Shown here piece by piece: positions 22,301-31,835 of a stretch of 44,100 bases of DNA (its first letter is position 1; every line of letters starts with the position of its first letter). A program made the translations under genes and the position numbers. The notes below the pieces were generated by a model, which worked only from the letters and a program-made list of their open reading frames with translations, ran no database searches and was not told the DNA's origin. The stretch lies in the NCBI GenBank assembly GCA_030167865.1, contig JALAGF010006593.1, positions 1 through 44,100 of the forward strand. Reading direction: 5' to 3'. The DNA comes from Craspedostauros australis (Eukaryota).

Positions 22301-23948
22301 TGTTGGGATTCTCCTGCAAAGCTTCTTCCCAATCTTCCTCTTCCAGCTCCATTTCATATTTCGCCTTTCTGGCCTCGGCTTGTTTCTCACGTTTTTCTTC
22401 AAGGAGCGACCGCATGCTGGACATTTTCACGAATGCCTGAGCGACCTCTCGATCTTCGTCCGTGCAGTTCTTCAATTCCAGCTGCAGGGCTTCGTACTCA
22501 TCTTCGATTTCCTTGCACCGAAAGCACATGTAACGTCTGGTGCCATCCAAGGTGATGGGAACCGTCCGGTTGTCACTGACGGCCAGCCGACAGTTGCACT
22601 CGTAGCATGCCGCAAAGGTCTGGGTGAAGTCGTAGTTCGCCATGATCTCGTCCATCTCCTCGAGCTGTTCGAATAGCCGTTTCTTTTCGATACCCTCGCT
22701 CCCACTGAAGGTGTCGCTCGTGAATTCCTCGGCTCGTTTGCGGTTGGCATCTTCTTTGCCGAGGAGAATGTCGGACAACACTTGTGAGTGAGGGGGGACG
22801 GCCGCTTCTTGCGCTAGCACCTGCTGATGCAATTCTTCCGCACGCTGCATCTGTGTCGCGGCATCCGCAGAAGCCATCTGGCTGCCCAGCTTAATGAAAT
22901 CCTCCGCAGTCAAGGTGTCAGGGTTCACATTCTGCCAGAAATCGTCATCGATCACAGGGGCTTTTTCAGGTGGCTGCACCAGTACTTCAAAGATGCTCTG
23001 AGGGTCTATTGACCGATCCCCTTGCCGTCCTGCCATTTCTTCCGTCATGTTAAGCGACCCATCCCGGTTCAAGATATCGTGGCAACTGGCGTACGTATCG
23101 GCGTCCAAGAAGACGCTGTCGGCGAGTTCACCAAGCATCGCCAGATCGGGATCGATCTCATTTATGTTGAATATTGAGAGATCGTTTGATGTGGTGTGAT
23201 CACCATTGAGTCCATCCTGGTTTGGCGTAACGTCGATGATGCTTGGGTCGCGGATTGCTTCGACTTGTTGATATTCGTCGAGGCCGCCATCGCCATTTGT
23301 GACGGGAGATGATGTGTGCATCTCGTTTTCCGCAATCTCTCGTTCCAGATCTGGTATAGCTTCGCCGTTCCCATCGAAACTGTCTTCGCTGTATTCGTAC
23401 ATGCGAGCAGAATCGAATGGCTCAGGATCTGTTGCGTCCACAGATGAAGGGTCGGTGGGATCCTGAGATGCAGGCCCTGGAGAGACCGATTCGAGTTGGT
23501 GAAATAGGGATTCATCCTCTTGTTGTTGTGATTGCCGCCTCTTCTTCTGCGCTCGTCGTCGTGGTGGTCGATATGACTTCTTCTGACCCAATCCCTTCAC
23601 TGCTTGATGCAGCTCGCCAGGAGAGCAAATGCTATCGAGCCTGTCGTTGCTGGCTGCACCTGCATCGTCCACACTGGACTCGCAGCATACCACTCGGGTG
23701 CGTGTTGCCATCGCAGGATGCAGACGAGCATGGGCATGGAAGTTTGCTTGATTGCGTGATGCTGGTAGCCTCTGGAATGGGCGACGGCAATTGCCCAGAG
23801 GCAACGCGGTCGATGGTCTCCACGCATTGCCCTTCTGAATGAGCAATCCTGGCACATGCAGCCACGCCGATGCATGCTGGAACAGCAGCAGCGAGAGGAT
23901 CAAGAACACTAGCTGCGCGCGGCATCGAAGTGGGAATGGAAGGCACAT
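19344..23948 (-). CDS. Large unknown protein (1,534 aa) with signal/transit-like presequence, acidic region, C4 zinc-ribbon-like motif and 16 Lys/Pro/Gln-rich repeats
   Basis: 4.6-kb uninterrupted ORF; first ATG 23948. Hydrophobic LVFLILSLLLFQHASA-W followed by an Arg/Ala-rich, acid-free stretch. CYEC-x23-CFRC at about 22515-22607. Confidence 0.8.
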   Translation of the reverse strand: MCLPFPLRCRAQLVFLILSLLLFQHASAWLHVPGLLIQKGNAWRPSTALPLGNCRRPFQRLPASRNQANFHAHARLHPAMATRTRVVCCESSVDDAGAASNDRLDSICSPGELHQAVKGLGQKKSYRPPRRRAQKKRRQSQQQEDESLFHQLESVSPGPASQDPTDPSSVDATDPEPFDSARMYEYSEDSFDGNGEAIPDLEREIAENEMHTSSPVTNGDGGLDEYQQVEAIRDPSIIDVTPNQDGLNGDHTTSNDLSIFNINEIDPDLAMLGELADSVFLDADTYASCHDILNRDGSLNMTEEMAGRQGDRSIDPQSIFEVLVQPPEKAPVIDDDFWQNVNPDTLTAEDFIKLGSQMASADAATQMQRAEELHQQVLAQEAAVPPHSQVLSDILLGKEDANRKRAEEFTSDTFSGSEGIEKKRLFEQLEEMDEIMANYDFTQTFAACYECNCRLAVSDNRTVPITLDGTRRYMCFRCKEIEDEYEALQLELKNCTDEDREVAQAFVKMSSMRSLLEEKREKQAEARKAKYEMELEEEDWEEALQENPNIDDPVELQQQQPLQYNGEAQPEQDLAIARKEIEPQVSLNTATRMEPQQQQQQQRQTSSQQSSVALGLQNPKKMVKKTYQEDLMLPSSFAQPPPPPTSDLQSQSQLPSSSPISSELQPQSQPRLRPATKEPRTKEPSTRQRKVADEPTRQVAKVTQIDEPRNVEPRPHPAAKLLQQQQKEQEDEDKMQPSTRQRKFADEPTRQPAKPTQTEQVRPVESRNPAAKEPQRQQKQQQEEDKMKPSVGPPKVADEPTRQPAKSTQTEQVRPVESRKPAGKEPQRQQKQQQEEDKMQPSVGPPKVADEPTRQPAKATQTEQVQPVDPRKPVANKIPAKKQPAKEPSAGRRKVADESTQQDAKSMQTERVRPVEPRNSVAKIRQQQQKEGEEGKIQSSAGRRKAANESTSQVAQPAQIEQAQQVEPRKPSAKKIPANKKPAGRRKAANESTSQATKPAQIEQAQQVEPRKPATKKISAKKMPAKEPSAGRRKVADESTQQDAKPTQTEQVLQVGPQKSAAKKISAKKKPVGRRKVADEPARQAAQPTEIEQAQQVEPRKRSAKKIPAKKKPVGRRKVADGPTRQAAQPTEIEQVRQVEPQKLAAKKIPAKEPSVGPPKVADEPTRQAAKSTQTGEVQQVEPRKRSAKKIPAKKTPSKEPSAGRRKVADESTQQDAKPPLIEQAQQVEPQKPAAKKISAKKIPAKKIPAKEPSAGRRKVADESTQQDAKPTQTEQVRQVEPQKSVAKKIPAKEPSAGRRKVADEPTRLTTQPTETEQVRQVEPRKPVEKKRQQQKQEDEEKQPSARQHKVAVEAERQTTTPMQAAQTQQIEPRKPAAKKMPAKKQPAKDSPGGPPKVADEPTRQAAKSTQTGEVQQVEPRKPEAKKRRQQPQKEEKEEEEEGMQPHQQQSSQAATKQRRKRAKQSTPVLLARLHPRGDRRVVTDPTGVQHVWVEESGQTGKTGPTDWRLNRREDGTYSLVNIKMQAEYKVTMM
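19624..21899 (-). repeat. Coding tandem array, 16 units of about 41-53 aa (PSAGRRKVADEPTRQ.AK.TQ.EQV.QVEPRK..AKKIPAKE)
   Basis: Units counted from the translation. DNA repeats are visible, e.g. the recurring gcaaccttgcgtcgaccagcagatggttcctttgcaggtatcttc. Confidence 0.9.
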
Positions 23949-25506
23949 TCGATCCGTGGGCAATCTCCTCCCCTCCTCTCTTCTTCAGGCATGCTTCGTG
24001 AACAGTGATGATGTGAGTGGAGAAGATACCGTCGCTGCAGCGGTGCAGATTGGTGGAAGCGAGGGTGAAAATTTGGGACGCACGGGCTTCGCGCAGTCGC
24101 AGTACAACAGCCGTAGCGTTTTGTTGGAAACTGTCCGTGCGGAGTTTTGTCTCGTGTCGGCGGATGCCGAATCTTGTGGACGCAGATGTGGTCCTTTGAG
24201 TCAATCCGTTTTGAAAAAGTCGGATCATGAGTGTGACTCGATCACATAATTGACTATAACCATAGCGGTTATTTCCGATGGCGAAGTTCTTGTCGTCGGA
24301 ACATCCTCCGGCGGTTTCGTGGCATCGTGTTCGTCGGTGAGTGCATGGTGCTCGGCACGATACGAACGCGAAGAAAAGCGCCATCTGTTCTTTGGGGGGA
24401 GATCGTGGCAGCAGGTTGTGAGCTGTCCGCCCTGTTCCGTCTCTCTCTCCCTCTCTCTCCCTCTCTCTCCCTCTCTCTGCGTGTCTGTTTGCTGGTGTGG
24501 TGTCAGCGTCGAATGCAGACCCCTTTTGTTCCCATCGATGTCGCCCCTGCCTCCTCTTCGCTCTCGGAGATGAATGCTTCGCTTCGTCTGTTCCACCACA
24601 TCTGCTTCGTGCACAAGTAGCCGTGGAAGGTTGTGAACAGTGAACAGTGAAAAGTACGGGCTGTGGATGGCACACATCAGCATCCAAGAAAGAGCAACCT
24701 CAACATCGAGCACGACAACCACCAACCCTTCATCTGCATCATAGTCGTACTACCGCCATTCATACTAAAATACTCGTTCCGAGGACAATTTGAGACACTC
24801 TCCGACCTGCTCCAAGCCAAACCGTCAAGAGAGGACAGCAACGCAAACAGACACACAGCACTCCTGCCTTGTATTATAATATTACATTTGGACAATCGTT
24901 CTCAAACACAGTACAACTGCTAGTATTAGCAGTGCACGATACCATTCCGCACGTGCGCCACCACCCATTCTCTGTTTGACCCATCAAATTCTTCTCTTGA
25001 CGAAACGCAACACGGCTGCCATACCGCACTACTGCATCAGTATCTGCACACGTACGTGAGAGAGTGTGAGAGAGAGAGAAGCCCCAACGAAGAGACTGAG
25101 ATCCACTTCCTCCACCGTAATCACACTAAATACATCAACAGAACTTGAGTCAGTTGCAGTGCTCCAGTCGAACGCAGAGGGAGAGGTTGTGGCAAGGCCA
25201 AGTTGATTGACACTCAAAGCAGACACCGCATGCCAGAGAGTACCGCCCACTTCGCTTCGGGATTCATCGAGGTAATCACACGAGCACCGCTCGATTGTCA
25301 GGGTGTCACTCAGCTTGCCGCTTGAGCCATCACTTGAGCCATTACTCGAGTTGGTGCCACACAGAACCACACGAACACAACAATCAGACATCGCATCTAC
25401 GATCACCACATCGTATTCTCTCAGACTGGTATTCTATCATATTTCACTTGACAGCCCATACAAGAGCGACCTCCAAAGTCTCAAGCATTGCGATTCATTG
25501 CCCACG

Positions 25507-28500
25507 ATGACGCCAAATAGCACGGGCGAACGTCGCCCGCTTCTCGCGTCTTTGGTGTCATCGTCGTCGTCGCCCCCATCATCCCCTGTATGGCTGAGGT
25601 CTGATAGCAGTGTGGAGTCTGCTCAGCTGCAATCCCCAGCCGCCAGCGACAGCGATAGCACTCGTACCAGCTCCGCCCGAATCAGTACCATCTGGTCCCT
25701 CGCCCGTTTCCTCGGAGCACCGCAAAACGCGCAGCCTTCGTCCAACGATAGCACCGAGCAAGAGCAAGCCGTTCCATCAGCTGAGAGGACCGGCGCAACG
25801 TCCATCTACGAATCCATCGTGGGAAGCGAGAGCTTCCGAAGGGGCGTGGGTTCCATCCACCAGCAACACTATCGGTATCAGCTGCAAACCTATCGGATGC
25901 AGCAACAATCCAGAGACACGCGCAGCCGGCCCCAGCGTTCGTCCGCCTATCGCGCTCTCTTTCCCTCGCGTGCGACGCAAACGGCGACCAGGATCCGCAG
26001 GCTCGTCATCAGGCCCTGCGTCGCGCTCTTCCTCGGCCTATGCTTCCTGCAGGCGTTCTTCGCTTCTCCTGCGGCTTTTAATCCGGCCCGCGCCAACGGA
26101 GGAGAGATGCCGTGGGACAATGGCGTAGCGCAACGATTCAAGCCTGTCGATGACCAAACTCATTCGGCTCTTTTGAACTTGGATATGCAGCATCCCAAAC
26201 TTGCTGACGACATGCTCATCACCACGATGGGAGGCGAGGATCGGCAGTATGCTCACTTCGATGCAGCGACCCTGTGGCAGTCCGACGAGGCTGCAGGTGA
26301 GGCCGATCATGAGGCCGACGAAGGAATTGTCGATGACGAGTCGTCGACATCTGTATCAAGCTCCGTGGCCACTTCCGAGACATCATCGATATCACCACCA
26401 TCCGCCATACCACCCAAACGCAATCACAAGCCACAGCATACTCTCGGATGGGATCCGATGACATACCCCGACCCGATCGTGCATCCGTTGGAATGCGGGA
26501 TTGCGTACTTGAAATCGCCCTACGATGCTGACCTCCCTCCGCAATCCGCAGCATCGCCGCCCCTTGCCACGTTGCCAACGAACCAGACCGACCCGCTGCT
26601 TCAGCGTCACAACGAGGACCACCTGCGATTGTGTGATCCGGATTGGGTGCTCGGCAGCGTGCACCTTAACCAAATTGCGGCCAAGCTGCGGAACTTCTCG
26701 GCAACGTTCACGGAAGAATTCTTCTCCAGCAGCGAATGGAACGGGAAGCACACGCGTCGTCATCGCCGCCTTGGCCAGATCGACGATGTCAACGACATGG
26801 AAAGCAGTGAAGACGTGCATGAAAGCATTTCTCTGGCAACGAGCACCGGCGAGAGCGATGTCAACAACGACTTCAACAGCGACAGCGACGGCGGAAGCGA
26901 CCTCGGCAGCTCGAAGGATATCCCTTCGGTGGAACTCGCGGTGGCCACCGTGCGCAAGATGGACATCGCGAATGTGCTCAACCACGGGTCGTACTTCACG
27001 TACGAAGACGAGGATGACATGGTCAGCGACGCGGCGCAAATCTTCGCTCGTTACTTGCACGAGGTGTGGTGGCATTCGGATTGCTACAGCAGCGGCGAAC
27101 CTAACCCAGAAAAATGCGTCTCGAGCAAGCCAGATTATGGCATCCTCATCTTCCTCTCCATCCAGGATCGCGTCTGCTTCATTTCGACGGGATCGGCCGT
27201 TTCGGTCGTCTTGCCATGGTGGAGGCTCGAGCACATCATCGCGTCGATGAAGCCAGATCTGCGACATCGCAACTACGGCAAGGCCTTGCTCACGGCGATC
27301 GATGACCTTGCCGAGATGCTCAAAGGTGGCCCGCCGACCATTGAGGACCGCCTGCATGACTTCCTGTCCAGGTTCGGCGTCGTGATTGGTTTCGCCATCT
27401 TCACATTTTGCTTTGGTGCGTGGGGCGAATACCGTGACCGTCGCAAGCGGTGGAAGTACGCAGAAAATCGATCGCTGCTCTCTGCCGCGGACAAGAAGAA
27501 AGCCAGATTGTTGCAGAAAGAGTTCAAGACGTTCTCGTGTCCCATCTGCCTCGAGCCATTCAAAGGTCAAGGCGAAGGCGGCGATGACTCTGCTGACTAC
27601 CTTGGTGCAAGCAACAAGAGCAAGGATGACGTGAATGAAAGCAACGGCAGCGGCGCCGGTGGTGGTGGTGGTGGTGCTGACACCACCGATGATTCTGCGA
27701 CAAGGATTGGGCATTCAGGCAGTCAGAATCAAAATGATGAACAGGAGTGCAATCGTGATGACTTGGAGTCCAACATGAAGCACAACAACGGCTCGACATC
27801 ATCATGTAAGCCAAAATTGCGACGCGTCGATACCTACGGCATTCCGTTGCACGGGTCTGACGACCGCAGGATCAAAATGCTGCGCTGCGGGCATATCTTC
27901 TGCGACACGTGCTGGATGAATTGGGTGCACTCTGGATACGGCAACCCGTGCTTTTGTCCCGTCTGTCGACAAGATATCGGCAAGTCAAGCAACAAGCGCC
28001 GTCGCCGCAACAACAGAGATCGAAATCGATCCTCGAATGCAGCATCGTCATCGTCAAACACCAACGCGTCGACTTCTCGCGCGGACAGCAATAGTGACAA
28101 TGGCAATTCGAATGGCAGTGGCAACAACAACGCTGATGGCACTCAGCAGAACGGAGCAACTCCCACGCCCACATCCTTCTCTGAACCAACCAATATTCAG
28201 ACGGGTAATGCCTTGCCTCCTTCGTACGATTCGATGGCTGTAGTCTCAACCCACGATGAAACCAGCCATCCTCGTCAAGACGACACTGCAGGCAATCGCC
28301 GGGCTACCGAGATCCCAGCTGGGTCACCCTCGTCATCAACTGGGTCGTGGCCGGCATGGTTCTTCGCCGGCAATTTCTGGCACTCAGCATCCACATCGTC
28401 GACAGACGGTACATCGAGCGATGCGCTCTCTCCGTCCACCGGCGATCAAGCAGGACGCCGGGACGGCGAGTCAACTCCCCTCATCACACGACGCGAGCCG

Positions 28501-28575
28501 GAAGGCACGCTGGCTGACATCGGTGTCGCCCTTGGAGGCTTTGATTATGGAAGCGAAAATTTGCGGCAGCCTTAG
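25507..28575 (+). CDS. Membrane protein with MOLO-1/TPM domain and C-terminal split RING-HC finger, about 1,022 aa
   Basis: First ATG in the ORF at 25507. TM1 CVALFLGLCFLQAFFA. MOLO-1-like WDPMTYPDP..ECG..LCDPDWVL. TPM core ELAVATV..FARYLHEVWW..GILIFLSIQDRVCFISTG..MKPDLRHRNYGKALLTAI. TM2 FGVVIGFAIFTFCFGAW. RING CPIC..CGHIFCDTC..CPVCR. Confidence 0.8.
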   Translation: MTPNSTGERRPLLASLVSSSSSPPSSPVWLRSDSSVESAQLQSPAASDSDSTRTSSARISTIWSLARFLGAPQNAQPSSNDSTEQEQAVPSAERTGATSIYESIVGSESFRRGVGSIHQQHYRYQLQTYRMQQQSRDTRSRPQRSSAYRALFPSRATQTATRIRRLVIRPCVALFLGLCFLQAFFASPAAFNPARANGGEMPWDNGVAQRFKPVDDQTHSALLNLDMQHPKLADDMLITTMGGEDRQYAHFDAATLWQSDEAAGEADHEADEGIVDDESSTSVSSSVATSETSSISPPSAIPPKRNHKPQHTLGWDPMTYPDPIVHPLECGIAYLKSPYDADLPPQSAASPPLATLPTNQTDPLLQRHNEDHLRLCDPDWVLGSVHLNQIAAKLRNFSATFTEEFFSSSEWNGKHTRRHRRLGQIDDVNDMESSEDVHESISLATSTGESDVNNDFNSDSDGGSDLGSSKDIPSVELAVATVRKMDIANVLNHGSYFTYEDEDDMVSDAAQIFARYLHEVWWHSDCYSSGEPNPEKCVSSKPDYGILIFLSIQDRVCFISTGSAVSVVLPWWRLEHIIASMKPDLRHRNYGKALLTAIDDLAEMLKGGPPTIEDRLHDFLSRFGVVIGFAIFTFCFGAWGEYRDRRKRWKYAENRSLLSAADKKKARLLQKEFKTFSCPICLEPFKGQGEGGDDSADYLGASNKSKDDVNESNGSGAGGGGGGADTTDDSATRIGHSGSQNQNDEQECNRDDLESNMKHNNGSTSSCKPKLRRVDTYGIPLHGSDDRRIKMLRCGHIFCDTCWMNWVHSGYGNPCFCPVCRQDIGKSSNKRRRRNNRDRNRSSNAASSSSNTNASTSRADSNSDNGNSNGSGNNNADGTQQNGATPTPTSFSEPTNIQTGNALPPSYDSMAVVSTHDETSHPRQDDTAGNRRATEIPAGSPSSSTGSWPAWFFAGNFWHSASTSSTDGTSSDALSPSTGDQAGRRDGESTPLITRREPEGTLADIGVALGGFDYGSENLRQP

Positions 28576-29250
28576 ACCCGAACAGCAACGGTAGCAATAT
28601 CGACAACGCCGAGCAACTCGTTCGTGCGGAGGCAAGCACGTATGGTGACGATGTCATCATCATCTGGTAGAACAAGGCAGCCGGACACGCTAATGTTTGC
28701 TTCGTTGTGATATCTTTATGGACGTAATATGCATACAACAACCCTGTAGAGTACGTATGGTAGCTGCATACGATAGTAGAAAACGACTATTCCTTGGAGT
28801 ATTCTGGGGGCGCGTTCACTGTGGTGCCTCCGGAGGTGATTCCTTGAAGACAGGCATGTGCGGTGCGCACTCTGCGGGCACACATGGTGTGAGCAGCTTG
28901 GTACTTGTAGCAGCACTCTCTGCAACATATTCTATCATTTAGCTCGTGTCGAACATGTGGGTCACGGCCAAGGCACCGGTGTCTGGCGCCAAGCACTGCC
29001 TTGCTCGGCCATGTCAGCAAGGACTTGACCATCGTAAGCGTTCAGAGCATATGGTAGTTTGGCAGAACAGCACCGTCACTCCCATGGCGCAAGCACAGCG
29101 GCATCCGCACAGACGAACACACAAATCTACTTTTGCTGTCTATTGTTTTCAACATCGTGTCTGCATGTCGTTGCTCGCCATCGCCATCGCCGTCGTTGTT
29201 GCTGTTGCTCTCACTATTGCTGATGCTTAGTTTTGGGGGCTTGATGCAAC

Positions 29251-30539
29251 TCACCGAGCACCTGGTTTCATTTCATCAAAGAATGCATGTTCCAGCGCAT
29301 CGGCGGCTGTCACACGCCGCGCCGGGTCGTACTGCAGCATGCTGGATAGCAGGTCGACACCTGTGGGATCGAGAGTGGGTACCAGGCTTGCCAATTTGCC
29401 GCGCGGCGGCGGGTAGGGTGGCAAACCCGGCGAATAATCGGGTAGGTCCACGATGCCAGGGTAATCCGCGATCGTTGGTGTGCCCAACAAACGGAAGATG
29501 CGGTCTAACTGATCCGTTTCCGATGTGCCGGCAACCAGCGGTCTGTGGATTTGGTGGGTCGTTGGCAAACGTCACAGTTTTTGTGAGCGGATCGTGGGAG
29601 TGCACGAATTGTATTGTGAGAATAGATATACTCGTAGCGTGAGTGAATTGAAGCAGAACGCTTGGATGAGTATGAGCATCATGCAACGACAAGGCATGTG
29701 AAAAGTGTTTTTGGCCGTTCACCAATGCTGGCCGCTGCTGTGCAGACGTCGACCATCCAACATTCGACGGCGCGGCTTCATGTCGATCAAGTATCTGCAT
29801 TCATTCATTCATTCATCCGTCCATCGACCAATCTATCCATTCCTCTTGGCAGATTTCATTTCATTTCATCTCATCATCACATGATGCTAGCCATCAATCA
29901 CCAGCCACCCAATTTCCAACACAGAAAACAACGAGCAACTCACCGTCCATTGGCCATCTCCGCAAAGATGCAGCCCACGCTCCAGATATCGACGGGCGTC
30001 GAGTACTTCCGACTCCCCATGAGGACGTCCGGTGCACGGTACCATAACGTGACGACCTCATGCGTGTAGCTGCGGACGGGTATGCCAAATGCCCTCGCCA
30101 GTCCAAAGTCCGCCAGCTTGAGCTGTCCTTCTCGGTTGATGAGCAGATTGGGCGGTTTGAGATCGCGATGCAGCACGCGGTGATGATGGCAGTAGGCCAC
30201 GCCCGTGAGGAGCTGGAAGAGGAATGATTTGAGGATGGGGACGCCCAGCCCGGAGTCGCAGATGTCGAGGTACTTCTTGAGATCCTGATCGAGATACTCG
30301 AAGACGAGGGTGAGCTTGCGTTCGGTGTGCACGACATCGTATAACCGCACGATGTTGGCGTGCTGCAGCTCCTTGAGCAGCGAGATTTCGCGGATGGCCG
30401 TGGATGGGATGCCCTCGTCCTCCGCCTCCAGACGGATCTTCTTGAGCGCCACAATTTCTCCCGTCACGCGGTCCTTGGCCTTGAAGACCTGGCCGTACGT
30501 GCCCTCGCCGATCTTCTCGATCTTTTGGTATCGTTCCAT
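29251..30539 (-). CDS. CDKA1: Cyclin-dependent kinase, PSTAIRE type (CDK1/CDKA), 2 exons, 295 aa
   Basis: [49 protein letters not shown]. Exons 30539-29944 and 29542-29251; intron 29943-29543 (GTGAGT..CAG, phase 2) gives [18 protein letters not shown]. Total 888 nt. Confidence 0.95.
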
Positions 30540-31835
30540 CGTGTCTCTGTCTCTGTATGTGCGTGTATGTGCGTGTATGTGAGCGTTTGTCTCGGCTTCG
30601 CAGTGGATTATTGTATTATATAATATTATATTATCGTATGTACTCTTTTGGTAGAGAGTATGCTGCACGATTGCTGTTGTGGTGCTCGTCGGCGCAGTGA
30701 TCGATTGATGAAGAGGTAGATCGTATAATAGGTTGTATGATAGGTGGTCAGGTAGGCAGGCAGGTAGGCAGGCAGGTGGAGGCAGCACTCTGACGCAACA
30801 GTCGGAGTATCGGTGTCGGTAGGTATGTCCCTTGCGTTTGTACGTGCGTCTGTGCGAGTATGACTGTGACCAAACTTGGAGCTCCTCGCAAGGTCGATCT
30901 CCGAGAGTTCCTGTTGGTGCTGTTGGCGCTGTTGGAGGCTGATCCAGGATGGATCGGTCGTGTTTAGCGGCAACTGGGTGCAACTCTCAACTTCTCAATC
31001 CCTCTTGAGATGGCGCTGCATGAATTGTGCTGTTGGTTGCGTGTCCACAATGCTGTCACTTCACCCCTCCGTGACGACGATGGCGATCCCCTTGTCTGTA
31101 TCCGTATTGGTGGCTCGTACCTCGTATGAAACCACACAGATAGAGTAGTTGCACGTGTAGATCGTATTCTATTAGATTGTAACCGGATCGTTGACGGCAA
31201 GAGAGAATTGTGCTCCTCCTCTTGTTCCCTCCTCTTGCTCTCTCCTCCTTGGATTGTTGTGGTCATCTTTTGGTCTTCCTCTCCCACACGTTGGAATCTT
31301 TCGTCCGCTCTTCGTGTCTTGGGCGACATCAATTTGGTGTTGGTTGCGCCAGTTTTGCACGCGGGTTTTGGTTGTTCTCTCTCCTTGTGGTCATTTCTCG
31401 TTGTGGCGATCCTGATTGTCATGAAAGGACTGCTCAAGCTCCTTCTTGCGCTTCAGTCATGCGTGTTTGAAATACGCCCCACCACTCACGTTTCAAGGCA
31501 AACGTGAACCATTCGACTTTGTGTCGCGAAAATCTGTTGTGTGGTTCCAAACAGTTCCAAGCGGTTGTGTGTGGTCGCACGTGGTTGGACGCGGTGTGAT
31601 GCCACCAATGTCACGCGTGCTCAAACACACACACCAGAACAGAAGATCGCAGTCAGAATTCTGGGAGCTGTTTCTGGATCTTCCATCGCTCTCCGCACAC
31701 AATTCTTGAAGGCAGACAATCCCATCACCCTGCATCCACCACAACACTCATACATCACAACACTCATACATCACAACATCAGTTAAAGCAGCAATAGAAG
31801 TAACACCAGCACCAGCACCAGCAGGAGAAGCAACA

